A stretch of 32,000 nt of DNA from Horticoccus luteus (GCF_019464535.1 NZ_CP080507.1:1620001-1652000); one strand, 5' to 3'; counted from the first letter of the stretch, positions 25,501-32,000 are shown. The notes: generated by a model from the sequence alone, not told the origin. Translations and numbers: made by a program.

Positions 25501-26955
25501 GGAAGGCGCGAGGGGAATGAGTTCGGCGCCGGTGTCGAATTTTTGCAGGAAGACGGGGGCGTAGTGGAGGAACGCGTAGCGTTGCGGCACGCTGAGATTG
25601 GGGAGCGTTTCGAGGATCCACTTCAGAGTGCCGTCGCCGTAGTAGAAGGCGCTGCACGCGGTTTGAAGCGTGGCTTCCTGCTGGAGATACATGCCCTGGC
25701 TCTCGCCGTAACCGCCCTGGCCCGCACCGGCGCCGTTGTTGTCGTGCAACGCGATCGCGCGCTCGGCGACGCGGCGGGCGTGGCCGGAGGTGAAGAACGC
25801 GTGGCGTTCCTCGCCGAGGGCGTAGCGGTAAAGGGTGGCGAGGTTGTTCAGCGAGCTCTCGTCGTCCTGATCGTCGAGGCGGGCGGCGGCGAGGGCGTCG
25901 AGAAACGTATGGCACTCGGCGATCCAGCGATCGCAGTGCGTGCGCAGTTCGGGCGTGGGGCTGGCTTGATCGCGCAGGTAGCGGGCGACGAGGAGAAATT
26001 CGTAGGTGCCTTTGCCGTGGTGCCGATGGCCGAGCGGCGGATGGCCGTGTCGCTGGCGCCACCATTCTGTCTGGTTGCCCCACGCGGTGAGGAGCAGGAG
26101 GTGATCCGTGCGGGCGAGGTCATCGGCGGTGAGAAGGCCGCTCGCAACGAGGAGCGGAAGGGCGCGCATGAAGCGTTCGGCGAGGTAGTGCCAGTCGCCG
26201 TAACCTGCGGTCATGCGAGCGTTCAGGGCGCGCAGCGCGTCGCGCGCGAGGAGCGCGTAACGTTCGTCGGCGGTCCACGACCAGAGGAGCGTGTAGGCGC
26301 CGATAATGCGGATCGGCTCCGTGGAAAACATGAGACCGCGGCCGCGCAGCGCCTGCAATTCCGGCGAATCGTCGAGGGGCGTATAGGGCCAGGCGGCGAG
26401 TTGCTGCGCGAGCGCCGGGGCGAGTTCGACGGCGAAGACGAAGGGGAGAGGCGCGCCGGATGGAAGGGCGGCGAGAGCGGCGAGGAGGTGGTCCACCGCG
26501 CGTTCGACGCCGCGCAATGAACTTCCGCCCGCGAGGACGGCGTTGGCGCCGGTGCCGAACGGGTTGACCAAGGTGCGTAAATCGTAGCCGTCGCCGCCGG
26601 GGTAGGTGGCGTCGGTGGAAACGACGAAGTTGGCGTAGAGAGGCTGGAGCGCGCGGTTGGTGTTGAGATTGCCCAGCAGGATGAGTTCACGCGTGCGCCA
26701 CGTCGCGGGCAGGGGCGTGCTGCGGGCGGGCATCAGGGCGAGATCGGAGGAGAGCTCGGGTGTGCGGCCGGTGAGTGTGGCGATCGCGCGGGCGAGTTTT
26801 TCGGCGAGCGCGCGCCACGCCGGATCGGCGGCGGGGAAGATGATGCCGGGGGTTTGGTCGCGGCGGTGGAGATCGAAATCCCGACGAATGTGCCGGGGGA
26901 GAACATCGACGGCGGGAGGGCGCGGGGTGGACATGGGTGGCGGCGGATTCCACAT
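22591..26955 (-). CDS. Large multidomain protein (about 1450 aa), function unknown: GH20b-like N-terminal module, alpha-helical plus heparinase II/III-like region, discoidin/CBM32-like module, FG-GAP/beta-propeller C-terminus
   Basis: One uninterrupted frame with normal amino-acid composition. The start is ambiguous: ATG at 26955 (MWNPPPP), ATG at 26934 (MSTPRPP), or TTG at 27036. Motifs seen: ELILLGNLNTNRAL...GGDGYDLRTL...NAVLAGGSSLRGVERAVDHLL (N-terminal alpha/beta module as in GH20/GH67-type enzymes); QGYQGGFRWQGHMQAANAIVRFYQHGHVFLVQNTSRHSFNDKNGLLISDG (heparinase II/III-like); ARALHIRIPAPADGRPFVLHRLEVLG (discoidin-like closing strand); TADLNGDGRAEIALV (FG-GAP/VCBS-like). I see no signal peptide. 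Confidence 0.8.
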   Translation of the reverse strand: MWNPPPPMSTPRPPAVDVLPRHIRRDFDLHRRDQTPGIIFPAADPAWRALAEKLARAIATLTGRTPELSSDLALMPARSTPLPATWRTRELILLGNLNTNRALQPLYANFVVSTDATYPGGDGYDLRTLVNPFGTGANAVLAGGSSLRGVERAVDHLLAALAALPSGAPLPFVFAVELAPALAQQLAAWPYTPLDDSPELQALRGRGLMFSTEPIRIIGAYTLLWSWTADERYALLARDALRALNARMTAGYGDWHYLAERFMRALPLLVASGLLTADDLARTDHLLLLTAWGNQTEWWRQRHGHPPLGHRHHGKGTYEFLLVARYLRDQASPTPELRTHCDRWIAECHTFLDALAAARLDDQDDESSLNNLATLYRYALGEERHAFFTSGHARRVAERAIALHDNNGAGAGQGGYGESQGMYLQQEATLQTACSAFYYGDGTLKWILETLPNLSVPQRYAFLHYAPVFLQKFDTGAELIPLAPSTARAVHVLPVTDHQLALSNHPPEHIEFSGHMVNAAETWQLPEAIGLNHLPQSRGFDKIVLRAGFARADAYLMIQGYQGGFRWQGHMQAANAIVRFYQHGHVFLVQNTSRHSFNDKNGLLISDGRNDTPMPPIAERVATADFRAFALTVTRLSEYHHTTWTRHLFWSKLGGGVFVVIDRVAFTADGDYSLTCTWRTPNYAEKHGRRWHSDQGRHRFTLVASDRLSSTSDEEFDQGACAPFVLRQRRAGAHRTGDEASFQNLFYVRAQTDLETFDLQRLDERAALALCNGAPHAWCAVELDAATHWLPGATAAAVSACVNATSLTFAGATAFTLGALQLDFAASAPVSARLDLTTHELVLQFDAPGRASADVRVSLAGASTTLALREDHPATLHLSAASCAAFSDAISLWLHSLRPVLRARPAPATVAETPGASSVWTYDPGTRLPTRVRDVCVTAHPLPIDGAPDQLLDPVMPDGYSRETWRLWPAAAHYDFTLTFPKPRPVRTLNLLGDCLDDPSLRTFNPLPEGITVTVDSPDAESRTVSVVPAPDRRYKRYRDAENRLETHTAAVGTTARALHIRIPAPADGRPFVLHRLEVLGDETEIPAVESWLTADLNGDGRAEIALVNAALELVVLRDDGGELWRTTLPTSVTHISAQILDAAEPPALCVGLLGGELLIFNADGSPRRHLHLAEEFRQRQDCLFGWFNAIHTLAIWHRDAAGRGSLVVGGYGIVVFLDADGHVAGHSFCDGPWVNNLLVIPPGRPRAGDIYARCGWNHGLMFYEGVPGPGPSGHQHSFGGFLQPMFRALRRVIPFLNGRSLAYGLVDLPGEPDGAVFAATELGCGLLSTTSQDWLWKLEGGMSLHACVLAQLAGAPTAFTAGADGFVTAVDLATGRVIRSRHCGDPVVGLAPSSTGELLVATRTALLRLDAAWNVRATVAHDVVRLLPLDDARVLLERADHSLELLRLNPLSA

Positions 26956-27072
26956 GAGCGGGGAACCAGCGGGTGAGGCGCACGGTGGGGCCGGGGCGGA
27001 GGTTTGTCCACTGCGGTGCGCGGGCGGTCCGGGCAAGGGGAACAGGCGGGCGGATCGTCGGGCGTGGCGGAG

Positions 27073-27843
27073 TCACGCCTCGTCGCGCCAGGCGCGCGGG
27101 GTGCGACCGGTCTGGCGGCGAAACCAGCGGCTGAAATAATTGGGGTCTTCGAAGCCGGCGCGGGTGGCGGCGTCGGCGACCGAGGAGGTTTCGCGGAGGG
27201 CAGTCTGCGCGGCGGAAAGGCGGAGTTGGTCGCGATGGGCCCGGAGGCCGAGGCCGGTTTCGCGTTTCAACTTTCGCGTGAGGTGGTCGCGGTGGTAACC
27301 GGTTTCGCGGGCGAGGGCCGCGAGCGATGCGGCGGCGGGGAGGCGTTCGCGCACGCGGTTCGCGAGGGGAACGGGCGCGGGAGCGGGTTGATCCGCGGGC
27401 GGTTCGAGGAGGCGGGCGACGACGGCGAGAATCGCGGGGTAGTCGGAGAGCGTGGGCCGGCCTTTGCGGGGCACGCGGGCGAGGAGGACGTTGAGTTCGT
27501 CGAGGGTGGTCGGGGCGAGCCGGCGATGGGTCGAGCGCACGCGGGCGGCACCGGCGAGTTGATAGTCGAGGACGAGGCTGACGGGGCGGCTTTGATCGCG
27601 GACGACGAAGCCGTGCGGCACGCCCGCCGGAATGCTGAACAAATCGCCGGCGCGCGCAGCGTGGCGACGACCGCGGACGAGCTGCCAGCCTTCGCCCGTG
27701 AGATACAGAATGAGTTGCGCGTGGGAGTGGGCGTGCGGGGCGACCTCGGTGTCGCGGTGCCGGTTGAGCTGGAGCTTGCGCAGCACGAAACCGAGCGCGT
27801 CGATTTCGATCTTCTGAATGAGGATGGGACTCCAGGCGAGCAT
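27073..27843 (-). CDS. AraC-family transcriptional regulator with N-terminal cupin-type sensor domain (256 aa)
   Basis: The ATG at 27843 gives MLAWSPILIQK; the track start at 27864 is a TTG. Cupin-like region: PHAHSHAQLILYLTGEGWQLV...FSIPAGVPHGF. C-terminal double HTH: LAALARETGYHRDHLTRKLKRETG...VADAATRAGFEDPNYFSRWFRRQTGRTPRAWR. Confidence 0.85.
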   Translation of the reverse strand: MLAWSPILIQKIEIDALGFVLRKLQLNRHRDTEVAPHAHSHAQLILYLTGEGWQLVRGRRHAARAGDLFSIPAGVPHGFVVRDQSRPVSLVLDYQLAGAARVRSTHRRLAPTTLDELNVLLARVPRKGRPTLSDYPAILAVVARLLEPPADQPAPAPVPLANRVRERLPAAASLAALARETGYHRDHLTRKLKRETGLGLRAHRDQLRLSAAQTALRETSSVADAATRAGFEDPNYFSRWFRRQTGRTPRAWRDEA

Positions 27844-27935
27844 GCGTCGGAAGTGTGCTAGCAAATGTCGGTTTCGTCCTAACGCAAGCCGCGGCGGGCG
27901 GGCTAGAGTGGCGGCAACCTCAAACCCTCCCTTAA

Positions 27936-29084
27936 ATGACCACGCATAAAGTCGGCATCATCATGAACGGCGTCACCGGACGCATGGGCACGAACCAGCA
28001 TTTGCTGCGTTCGATCAAAGCGATCATCGATCAGGGAGGCGTGAAGCTTTCCGATGCGGAAACCATCATGCCCGATCCGATTCTGGTGGGCCGCAGCGAG
28101 ACGAAGCTGGCGGCGCTGGCGGCGCGGGCGGGGGTGAAGCGCTATACGACGAACCTCGATGCGGCGCTCGCGGACGCGAACAACCAGATCTATTTCGATG
28201 CGACGCTCACGGGACAGCGCCCGATCGGCGTGCGCAAGGCGATCGCGGCGAAGAAACACATCTACTGCGAGAAGCCGACGGCAACGACGTCGAAGGAAGC
28301 GGTGGCACTGTATAATGAGGCAACCGCGGCCGGATTGAAGAATGGCGTGGTGCAGGACAAGCTCTGGCTCCCGGGTTTGGTGAAGTTGAAGTGGCTGATC
28401 GACACCGGTTTCTTCGGGAAGATTCTCTCCGTGCGCGGCGAGTTCGGTTACTGGGTGTTCACCGGCGAATACGAGAAGTTGCAGCGCCCGTCGTGGAATT
28501 ACCGCAAGGAGGACGACGGCGGCATCATCGTCGATATGCTCTGCCACTGGCAGTATGTGATTCAGAATTTGTTCGGCGACATCAAGAGCCTGACGTGTCT
28601 CGGCGCGACGCACGTGCCCACGCGTTGGGATGAGGCGGCGAAGCCTTACAAGTGCACCGCGGACGACGCGGCGTATGCGACCTTCGAGCTCAAGAACGGG
28701 GTGATCTGCCACTTCAATTCGTCGTGGGCGGTGCGCGTGGATCGCGACGATCTGCTGACGTTGCAAGTCGACGGCACGCACGGGTCGGCGGTGGCGGGGT
28801 TGCGCGATTGCAAATCGCAGTCGCTCGCGGCGACGCCGCGTTGCGTGTGGAATCCCGACATCGACAGCCCGGTGAAATACAAGGACGGCTGGGTGCGCGT
28901 GCCGGACCAAGGTTTTTACGACAACGCGTTCAAGATCGAGTGGGAGTTGTTTCTGCGGCACGTCGTGAAGAACGAGCCGTTCCGCTGGAATCTGCTCGAG
29001 GGCGCCAAGGGCGTGCAGCTCGCGGAACTCGGTCTGGAGTCGTGGGCGGAGCGGCGCTGGTTGGACGTGCCGGCGTTGGGCTGA
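27936..29084 (+). CDS. Gfo/Idh/MocA-family oxidoreductase (382 aa)
   Basis: ATG at 27936. Rossmann N-terminus HKVGIIMNGVTGRMGTNQHL and the EKP motif (KHIYCEKPTATT). The C-terminal alpha/beta domain has normal composition. TGA at 29082-29084, with a strong terminator downstream. Divergent from the AraC gene (92-bp spacer). Confidence 0.9.
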   Translation: MTTHKVGIIMNGVTGRMGTNQHLLRSIKAIIDQGGVKLSDAETIMPDPILVGRSETKLAALAARAGVKRYTTNLDAALADANNQIYFDATLTGQRPIGVRKAIAAKKHIYCEKPTATTSKEAVALYNEATAAGLKNGVVQDKLWLPGLVKLKWLIDTGFFGKILSVRGEFGYWVFTGEYEKLQRPSWNYRKEDDGGIIVDMLCHWQYVIQNLFGDIKSLTCLGATHVPTRWDEAAKPYKCTADDAAYATFELKNGVICHFNSSWAVRVDRDDLLTLQVDGTHGSAVAGLRDCKSQSLAATPRCVWNPDIDSPVKYKDGWVRVPDQGFYDNAFKIEWELFLRHVVKNEPFRWNLLEGAKGVQLAELGLESWAERRWLDVPALG

Positions 29085-29128
29085 CGTTTCTGCCCGCAGG
29101 GTGCCAAACACCCGATCGCGTTAAGTTT

Positions 29129-29156
29129 GCGCCGACCTCAATGGTCGGCGCTTTTT
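29129..29156 (+). terminator. Rho-independent terminator after the oxidoreductase gene
   Basis: A perfect 9-bp stem GCGCCGACC (29129-29137) / GGTCGGCGC (29143-29151) with loop TCAAT, then TTTTT (29152-29156). Confidence 0.8.
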
Positions 29157-29169
29157 GTATAATCGGCTG

Positions 29170-29250
29170 ATGATCAAGCTCGCGCTGGAAGGCGTCGACC
29201 GGTTGCGCTTGCTAAAGCGCGGGGGTCTCCTAACTCGTTCGCGACCATGA
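29170..29250 (+). CDS. Candidate 26-codon upstream ORF (MIKLALEGVDRLRLLKRGGLLTRSRP) overlapping the metallopeptidase start
   Basis: ATG at 29170. Its TGA (29248-29250) overlaps the ATG (29247-29249) of the downstream gene as ATGA. It sits just downstream of a TATAAT hexamer (29158-29163). I have no homology evidence, so it may be fortuitous. Confidence 0.2.
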   Translation: MIKLALEGVDRLRLLKRGGLLTRSRP

Positions 29251-29963
29251 CCTCGATCCTCGCCTTCGCATTTCTGCCGACGCCGATCATCATCGTGTTG
29301 CTGCTGTTGACCATGGGTTTCGCGCTCTATGCGCAAATCCGGGTTTCGAGCGCCTACGACAAGAACGTCAAGATTCCGTCACGCGGCCGCATCACGGGAC
29401 GCGAGGCCGCGGAAGCGGTGATGGCGCAGGCGGGAATCACTAACGTGGAAATCACGGAGACCCGTGGGCATCTGACGGATCACTACGATCCGACGCATCG
29501 CCGCCTGGTGCTCTCGAGTGAAAACTACCGGGGCACGAGCCTGGCGGCGTTGGGCGTGGCCGCGCACGAGGCGGGCCACGCGATCCAGCACAAGGTGGGC
29601 TACTCGATGTTGAAGACGCGCATGGCGTTGGTGCCGGTGACGATGTTCACGTCGCAATTCCTGCCGATCATCATGTTCGCCGGTTTCTTTTTTGGCGGAT
29701 TTGGACGCGGCGGCGGCCTGATTCTCGACATCGGCATCATGTGTTATGCGGTGTTGACGCTGTTCCAACTGGTGACGTTGCCGGTGGAGTTTGACGCGAG
29801 CCGCCGGGCGAAGGTGGAGTTGGTGAAGCTGGGGATCGTCGATCGCGATGAGATGCCCGGAGTGAATCAGACCTTGAATGCCGCCGCGTTGACGTATGTG
29901 GCGGCGTTTCTGGGCGCGCTGCTGCATCTGCTGTATCTGCTCTCGTTGCGGCGCAACGATTGA
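29247..29963 (+). CDS. Membrane zinc metallopeptidase of the YugP / putative neutral zinc metallopeptidase family (238 aa)
   Basis: N-terminal TM helix (ILAFAFLPTPIIIVLLLLTMGFALYA), the family block GHLTDHYDP, the HExxH motif in VAAHEAGHAIQHK, and C-terminal hydrophobic helices. TGA at 29961-29963. Confidence 0.85.
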   Translation: MTSILAFAFLPTPIIIVLLLLTMGFALYAQIRVSSAYDKNVKIPSRGRITGREAAEAVMAQAGITNVEITETRGHLTDHYDPTHRRLVLSSENYRGTSLAALGVAAHEAGHAIQHKVGYSMLKTRMALVPVTMFTSQFLPIIMFAGFFFGGFGRGGGLILDIGIMCYAVLTLFQLVTLPVEFDASRRAKVELVKLGIVDRDEMPGVNQTLNAAALTYVAAFLGALLHLLYLLSLRRND

Positions 29964-29975
29964 GGCCCTGACCGC

Positions 29976-30019
29976 CCACCGTGCGGGTGTGCGCGCGGTG
30001 GCACGTGTCCGGCTTTTTT
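29976..30019 (+). terminator. Possible terminator after the metallopeptidase gene (non-canonical)
   Basis: A 10-bp stem with one G-U pair, 29976-29985 / 29992-30001 (CCACCGTGCG ... CGCGCGGTGG), and a T6 run at 30014-30019. The T run is separated from the stem by 12 nt, so this is not a textbook intrinsic terminator. Confidence 0.35.
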
Positions 30020-30038
30020 CAGGCGCGCGGCGGTCGCG

Positions 30039-30062
30039 GCGGAGGACGCTGCGGAGGACGCG
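30039..30062. repeat. Tandem 12-bp direct repeat (GCGGAGGACGC-N) x2 in an intergenic region
   Basis: GCGGAGGACGC occurs at 30039-30049 and again at 30051-30061. Confidence 0.6.
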
Positions 30063-30202
30063 GGCGCGGATTGTAACCCAGTAGGTTGCACGAGGCTTGG
30101 CCGGGTGATCGAGAACGAGAGGGTTTGCCGGCGCAGCGTGGCGCTACGAAAAGCGACCGGGAAAGGGACGAGCCTGGTGAGCGAAAGGGACTCGAAAACG
30201 AA

Positions 30203-30233
30203 AGAGCCCGGCACGATCGGCGTGCCGGGCTCT
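30203..30233 (-). terminator. Strong hairpin terminator downstream of the minus-strand gene ending at 30284 (possibly bidirectional)
   Basis: A perfect 13-bp stem AGAGCCCGGCACG (30203-30215) / CGTGCCGGGCTCT (30221-30233). On the minus strand it is followed by TTCGTTTTCG; on the plus strand it is followed by GCGTTTCTTTC. Confidence 0.75.
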
Positions 30234-30283
30234 GCGTTTCTTTCACGCGCTGCTTAGGATGCTGGACTAGCTGGACAAGGGGA

Positions 30284-32000
30284 TCAGTTGACGTTGGCGG
30301 AGTTGACCAGGAAGGGCATGCCGTTGACGGACATGGAACCGGCATACTCGTAGGCGTCGGTGCCGTTCGCGCCGCAGCCATAGACGACGCCGTTGCGGGT
30401 ATCGTTGATGGTGTTGAGGCGGAAGTTGTGGATTTTGCGGCCGTGAAAATCGGCCACGCTGAGGATGTTGCCGCGGTCGGCGACGCCGAGGCCGACAGGA
30501 TCCTCGACGCGCGCGTCTTGAATCCGGCGGAAGAGGGTGCCGGTGCCTTTGTAAGTGACGACGGTATCGATGGAGCGCTCGCCGCGGCAGGCGATGTGCA
30601 AGAGGTTGTTCAACGGATCCGAGGTGCCGGTGCTGCCGTTGCTGGCGGTGGCGGGGATGAGCGGCAGGTTGGAGATGTTGTAACGTGCGGGAACCATCGC
30701 GACGGGATTGCGACCGACCTTGAACGTGCCGATTTCGCGCAGCGCGCCGCCGGTTTGCCACGTGGAGCGGTTCATCAGCGAGGACGTGTCGATGATGTGA
30801 ACGGTGCCGTCGCGGGAGGCGATGTAGCCTTTGTAGATGTCGCGCGACCAGCGGTCGATTTTCTGGCCGGCGAGCACGCAGGTCGGGGCGGGGATGTCGG
30901 CGGACCAGACGATTTTGGGCGTGAGGTCGGGACGCACGCTGAAGGCCTGCGGAAATTGCTCCGGCGCGGAACCGCGCGTGGCGATCGTGCGCTGGAAGCT
31001 GGCCGCGGACGAGAGGTAGCTCTCACGCATGTATTGGAAAAGCGGCGTCAGATCGAGAATGACGGCCTTGTTGTCCTCGGTCGAAGTCACGATGGCGTAG
31101 CCGCCCTTCGCGACGATCGCCTGCCAATCGCCGTCATAGACGAGCTGACGGTTGTGATCGTCGCTCAGGTCGATCTGGCTCAGCGCGCGACCGCTGACCG
31201 TGGACGGCGACCACCAGCTATTGGCGGCGGCGGCGACGGCGTTGGGCGACGTCATCGGGAGATCGACGTAGCCGAGGACTTTGAAGTCGGACCAGCTACC
31301 TTGGTTGACGAGGCCCATGTAAGGCCAGGTGTGGTAGGCGAGGAATTTACCCTCGAGAGCGATGACGGCGAGCTGACCCTGTTTGAGGTCGGTGTCCCAG
31401 ATGGTCACGAGGGCGAATTCGTTGCTCGTCGTGACGGCGATGGCGGTGGGCACTTTGTTGGCGGGGAACTTGAACGCGGGATAGGGACGCTCGCTGCCGC
31501 CGCGGCTGGTTTGCGTGCCGGCGATGCCGAGAAAGCCGCCGCGATAGAGGATCAGCGCTTCGTTTTGCCAGATGCCGTAGTTGCGGACCATGGCGATGGG
31601 CTGCATCGGCGTCTGGCCGCCGTTGACGGCGATTTGGTTGGGATCGCGCGTTTGCGGATCGGGATGGGGCTTGCTGTTGCCCGGGTCGAGGCGGGGGCTC
31701 AGCGCCCAGACCTTGTTGTAATAGGCAAACGTCTGGACGCGATCGAGGCCGGGATCGTTGGCGGTGTCGTCGGGCACATACGCCACTTGACCGCTGCAGC
31801 TCCAGTAGTTGGCGAAGTCATCGCCCGGCGTGCCCAATTCGTAAGGGCTCACGCGGTAAGAATATTTCTTTGCTTCGGCCGTCGTGAGCAGGGTGGAGGT
31901 CGGTTTGAAGGTGAGGGGGCGCGTGTCGGGGACGCCGGGATTGAGGTCGGTGAACGTGGGCCCGAGGCGCGCATCGATGGAGGCCGCATCCCACGTCAAG
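30284..32000 (-). CDS. Hypothetical protein, probable beta-propeller fold, 5'-truncated by the window edge (more than 571 aa)
   Basis: The frame is open to the window end; the TTG at 31999 is not a real start. TGA at 30284-30286. Composition is visibly rich in N/T/S/Y/W/G and poor in R/A compared with neighbouring genes, which suggests an exported protein. Recurrent strand-turn motifs resemble YVTN/lactonase-type propeller blades (NKAVILDLTPL, DGTVHIIDTSSL, VGRNPVAMVPA, ERSIDTVVTY). I recognise no catalytic motif. Confidence 0.75.
   Translation of the reverse strand, partial: LTWDAASIDARLGPTFTDLNPGVPDTRPLTFKPTSTLLTTAEAKKYSYRVSPYELGTPGDDFANYWSCSGQVAYVPDDTANDPGLDRVQTFAYYNKVWALSPRLDPGNSKPHPDPQTRDPNQIAVNGGQTPMQPIAMVRNYGIWQNEALILYRGGFLGIAGTQTSRGGSERPYPAFKFPANKVPTAIAVTTSNEFALVTIWDTDLKQGQLAVIALEGKFLAYHTWPYMGLVNQGSWSDFKVLGYVDLPMTSPNAVAAAANSWWSPSTVSGRALSQIDLSDDHNRQLVYDGDWQAIVAKGGYAIVTSTEDNKAVILDLTPLFQYMRESYLSSAASFQRTIATRGSAPEQFPQAFSVRPDLTPKIVWSADIPAPTCVLAGQKIDRWSRDIYKGYIASRDGTVHIIDTSSLMNRSTWQTGGALREIGTFKVGRNPVAMVPARYNISNLPLIPATASNGSTGTSDPLNNLLHIACRGERSIDTVVTYKGTGTLFRRIQDARVEDPVGLGVADRGNILSVADFHGRKIHNFRLNTINDTRNGVVYGCGANGTDAYEYAGSMSVNGMPFLVNSANVN

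Noticed and set aside
26860-26955. The RRDFDL string near the N-terminus of the giant protein, considered as a twin-arginine (Tat) signal.
   Set aside because: There is no hydrophobic h-region and no A-x-A cleavage site after it. The following sequence is charged (HRRDQTPG). I note it only as something a predictor should test.
29158-29163. A perfect TATAAT hexamer, considered as a sigma-70 -10 box.
   Set aside because: There is no convincing -35 at 16-19 bp spacing, and the TG is directly adjacent rather than in the extended -10 position. Promoter consensus for this lineage is unknown to me. I keep it only as context for the uORF finding.
30039-30062. The tandem 12-bp repeat, considered as a possible CRISPR or minisatellite array.
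   Set aside because: There are only two adjacent copies, no spacers and no cas genes. It is too short to be an array.
1-32000. I looked for tRNA, rRNA, tmRNA or RNase P genes, for CRISPR arrays, for transposases, integrases or phage genes, for toxin-antitoxin pairs, and for reverse transcriptases (retron or DGR).
   Set aside because: No T-loop-like GGTTCGAATCC contexts occur in intergenic DNA. All spacers are 320 bp or shorter and are accounted for above. No ORF shows DDE, tyrosine-recombinase or RT motifs. I saw no regularly spaced repeats.

Overview
This is a GC-rich, gene-dense chromosomal window. I found no rRNA or tRNA genes, no CRISPR array, and no transposase, integrase or phage genes. 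Most starts lack a Shine-Dalgarno motif, so start sites are called from ATG position plus family-typical N-termini. The gene content suggests Verrucomicrobiota (Opitutales-like) or Acidobacteriota, but that is inference only.

Layout, left to right:
(1) The 3' part of an Omp85 (BamA/TamA-like) outer-membrane protein gene, then a small cupin gene with a clean terminator.
(2) A carbohydrate-uptake and catabolism neighbourhood: a cytosolic-type GH38 alpha-mannosidase, a Gfo/Idh/MocA oxidoreductase, a PhyH-type Fe(II)/2-oxoglutarate dioxygenase, and a sugar ABC importer (binding protein plus two permeases, no ATPase). One of the permeases is unusually enlarged.
(3) A PadR-family regulator followed on the same strand by three tandem duplicated MacB/FtsX-like orphan permeases (ADOP type), with no ABC ATPase anywhere in the window.
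(4) Divergent from PadR, a TMTC-like protein with an N-terminal polytopic GT-C-like domain and C-terminal TPRs.
(5) An AraC regulator, then a cryptic ~1450-aa multidomain protein (GH20b-like N-terminal module, heparinase II/III-like fold, discoidin/CBM32-like module, FG-GAP/beta-propeller). Its stop codon overlaps the start of a nitrilase-superfamily C-N hydrolase. A second Gfo/Idh/MocA oxidoreductase is divergent from AraC.
(6) A YugP-type zinc metallopeptidase preceded by a 26-codon upstream ORF.
(7) A structured 320-bp intergenic region.
(8) The 3' part of an unrecognisable, probably beta-propeller, protein that runs off the window.

The best candidates for an undescribed system are the AraC / giant protein / C-N hydrolase unit and the PadR plus triple orphan-permease module. 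Both rest on motif-level reading only. I could run no searches.
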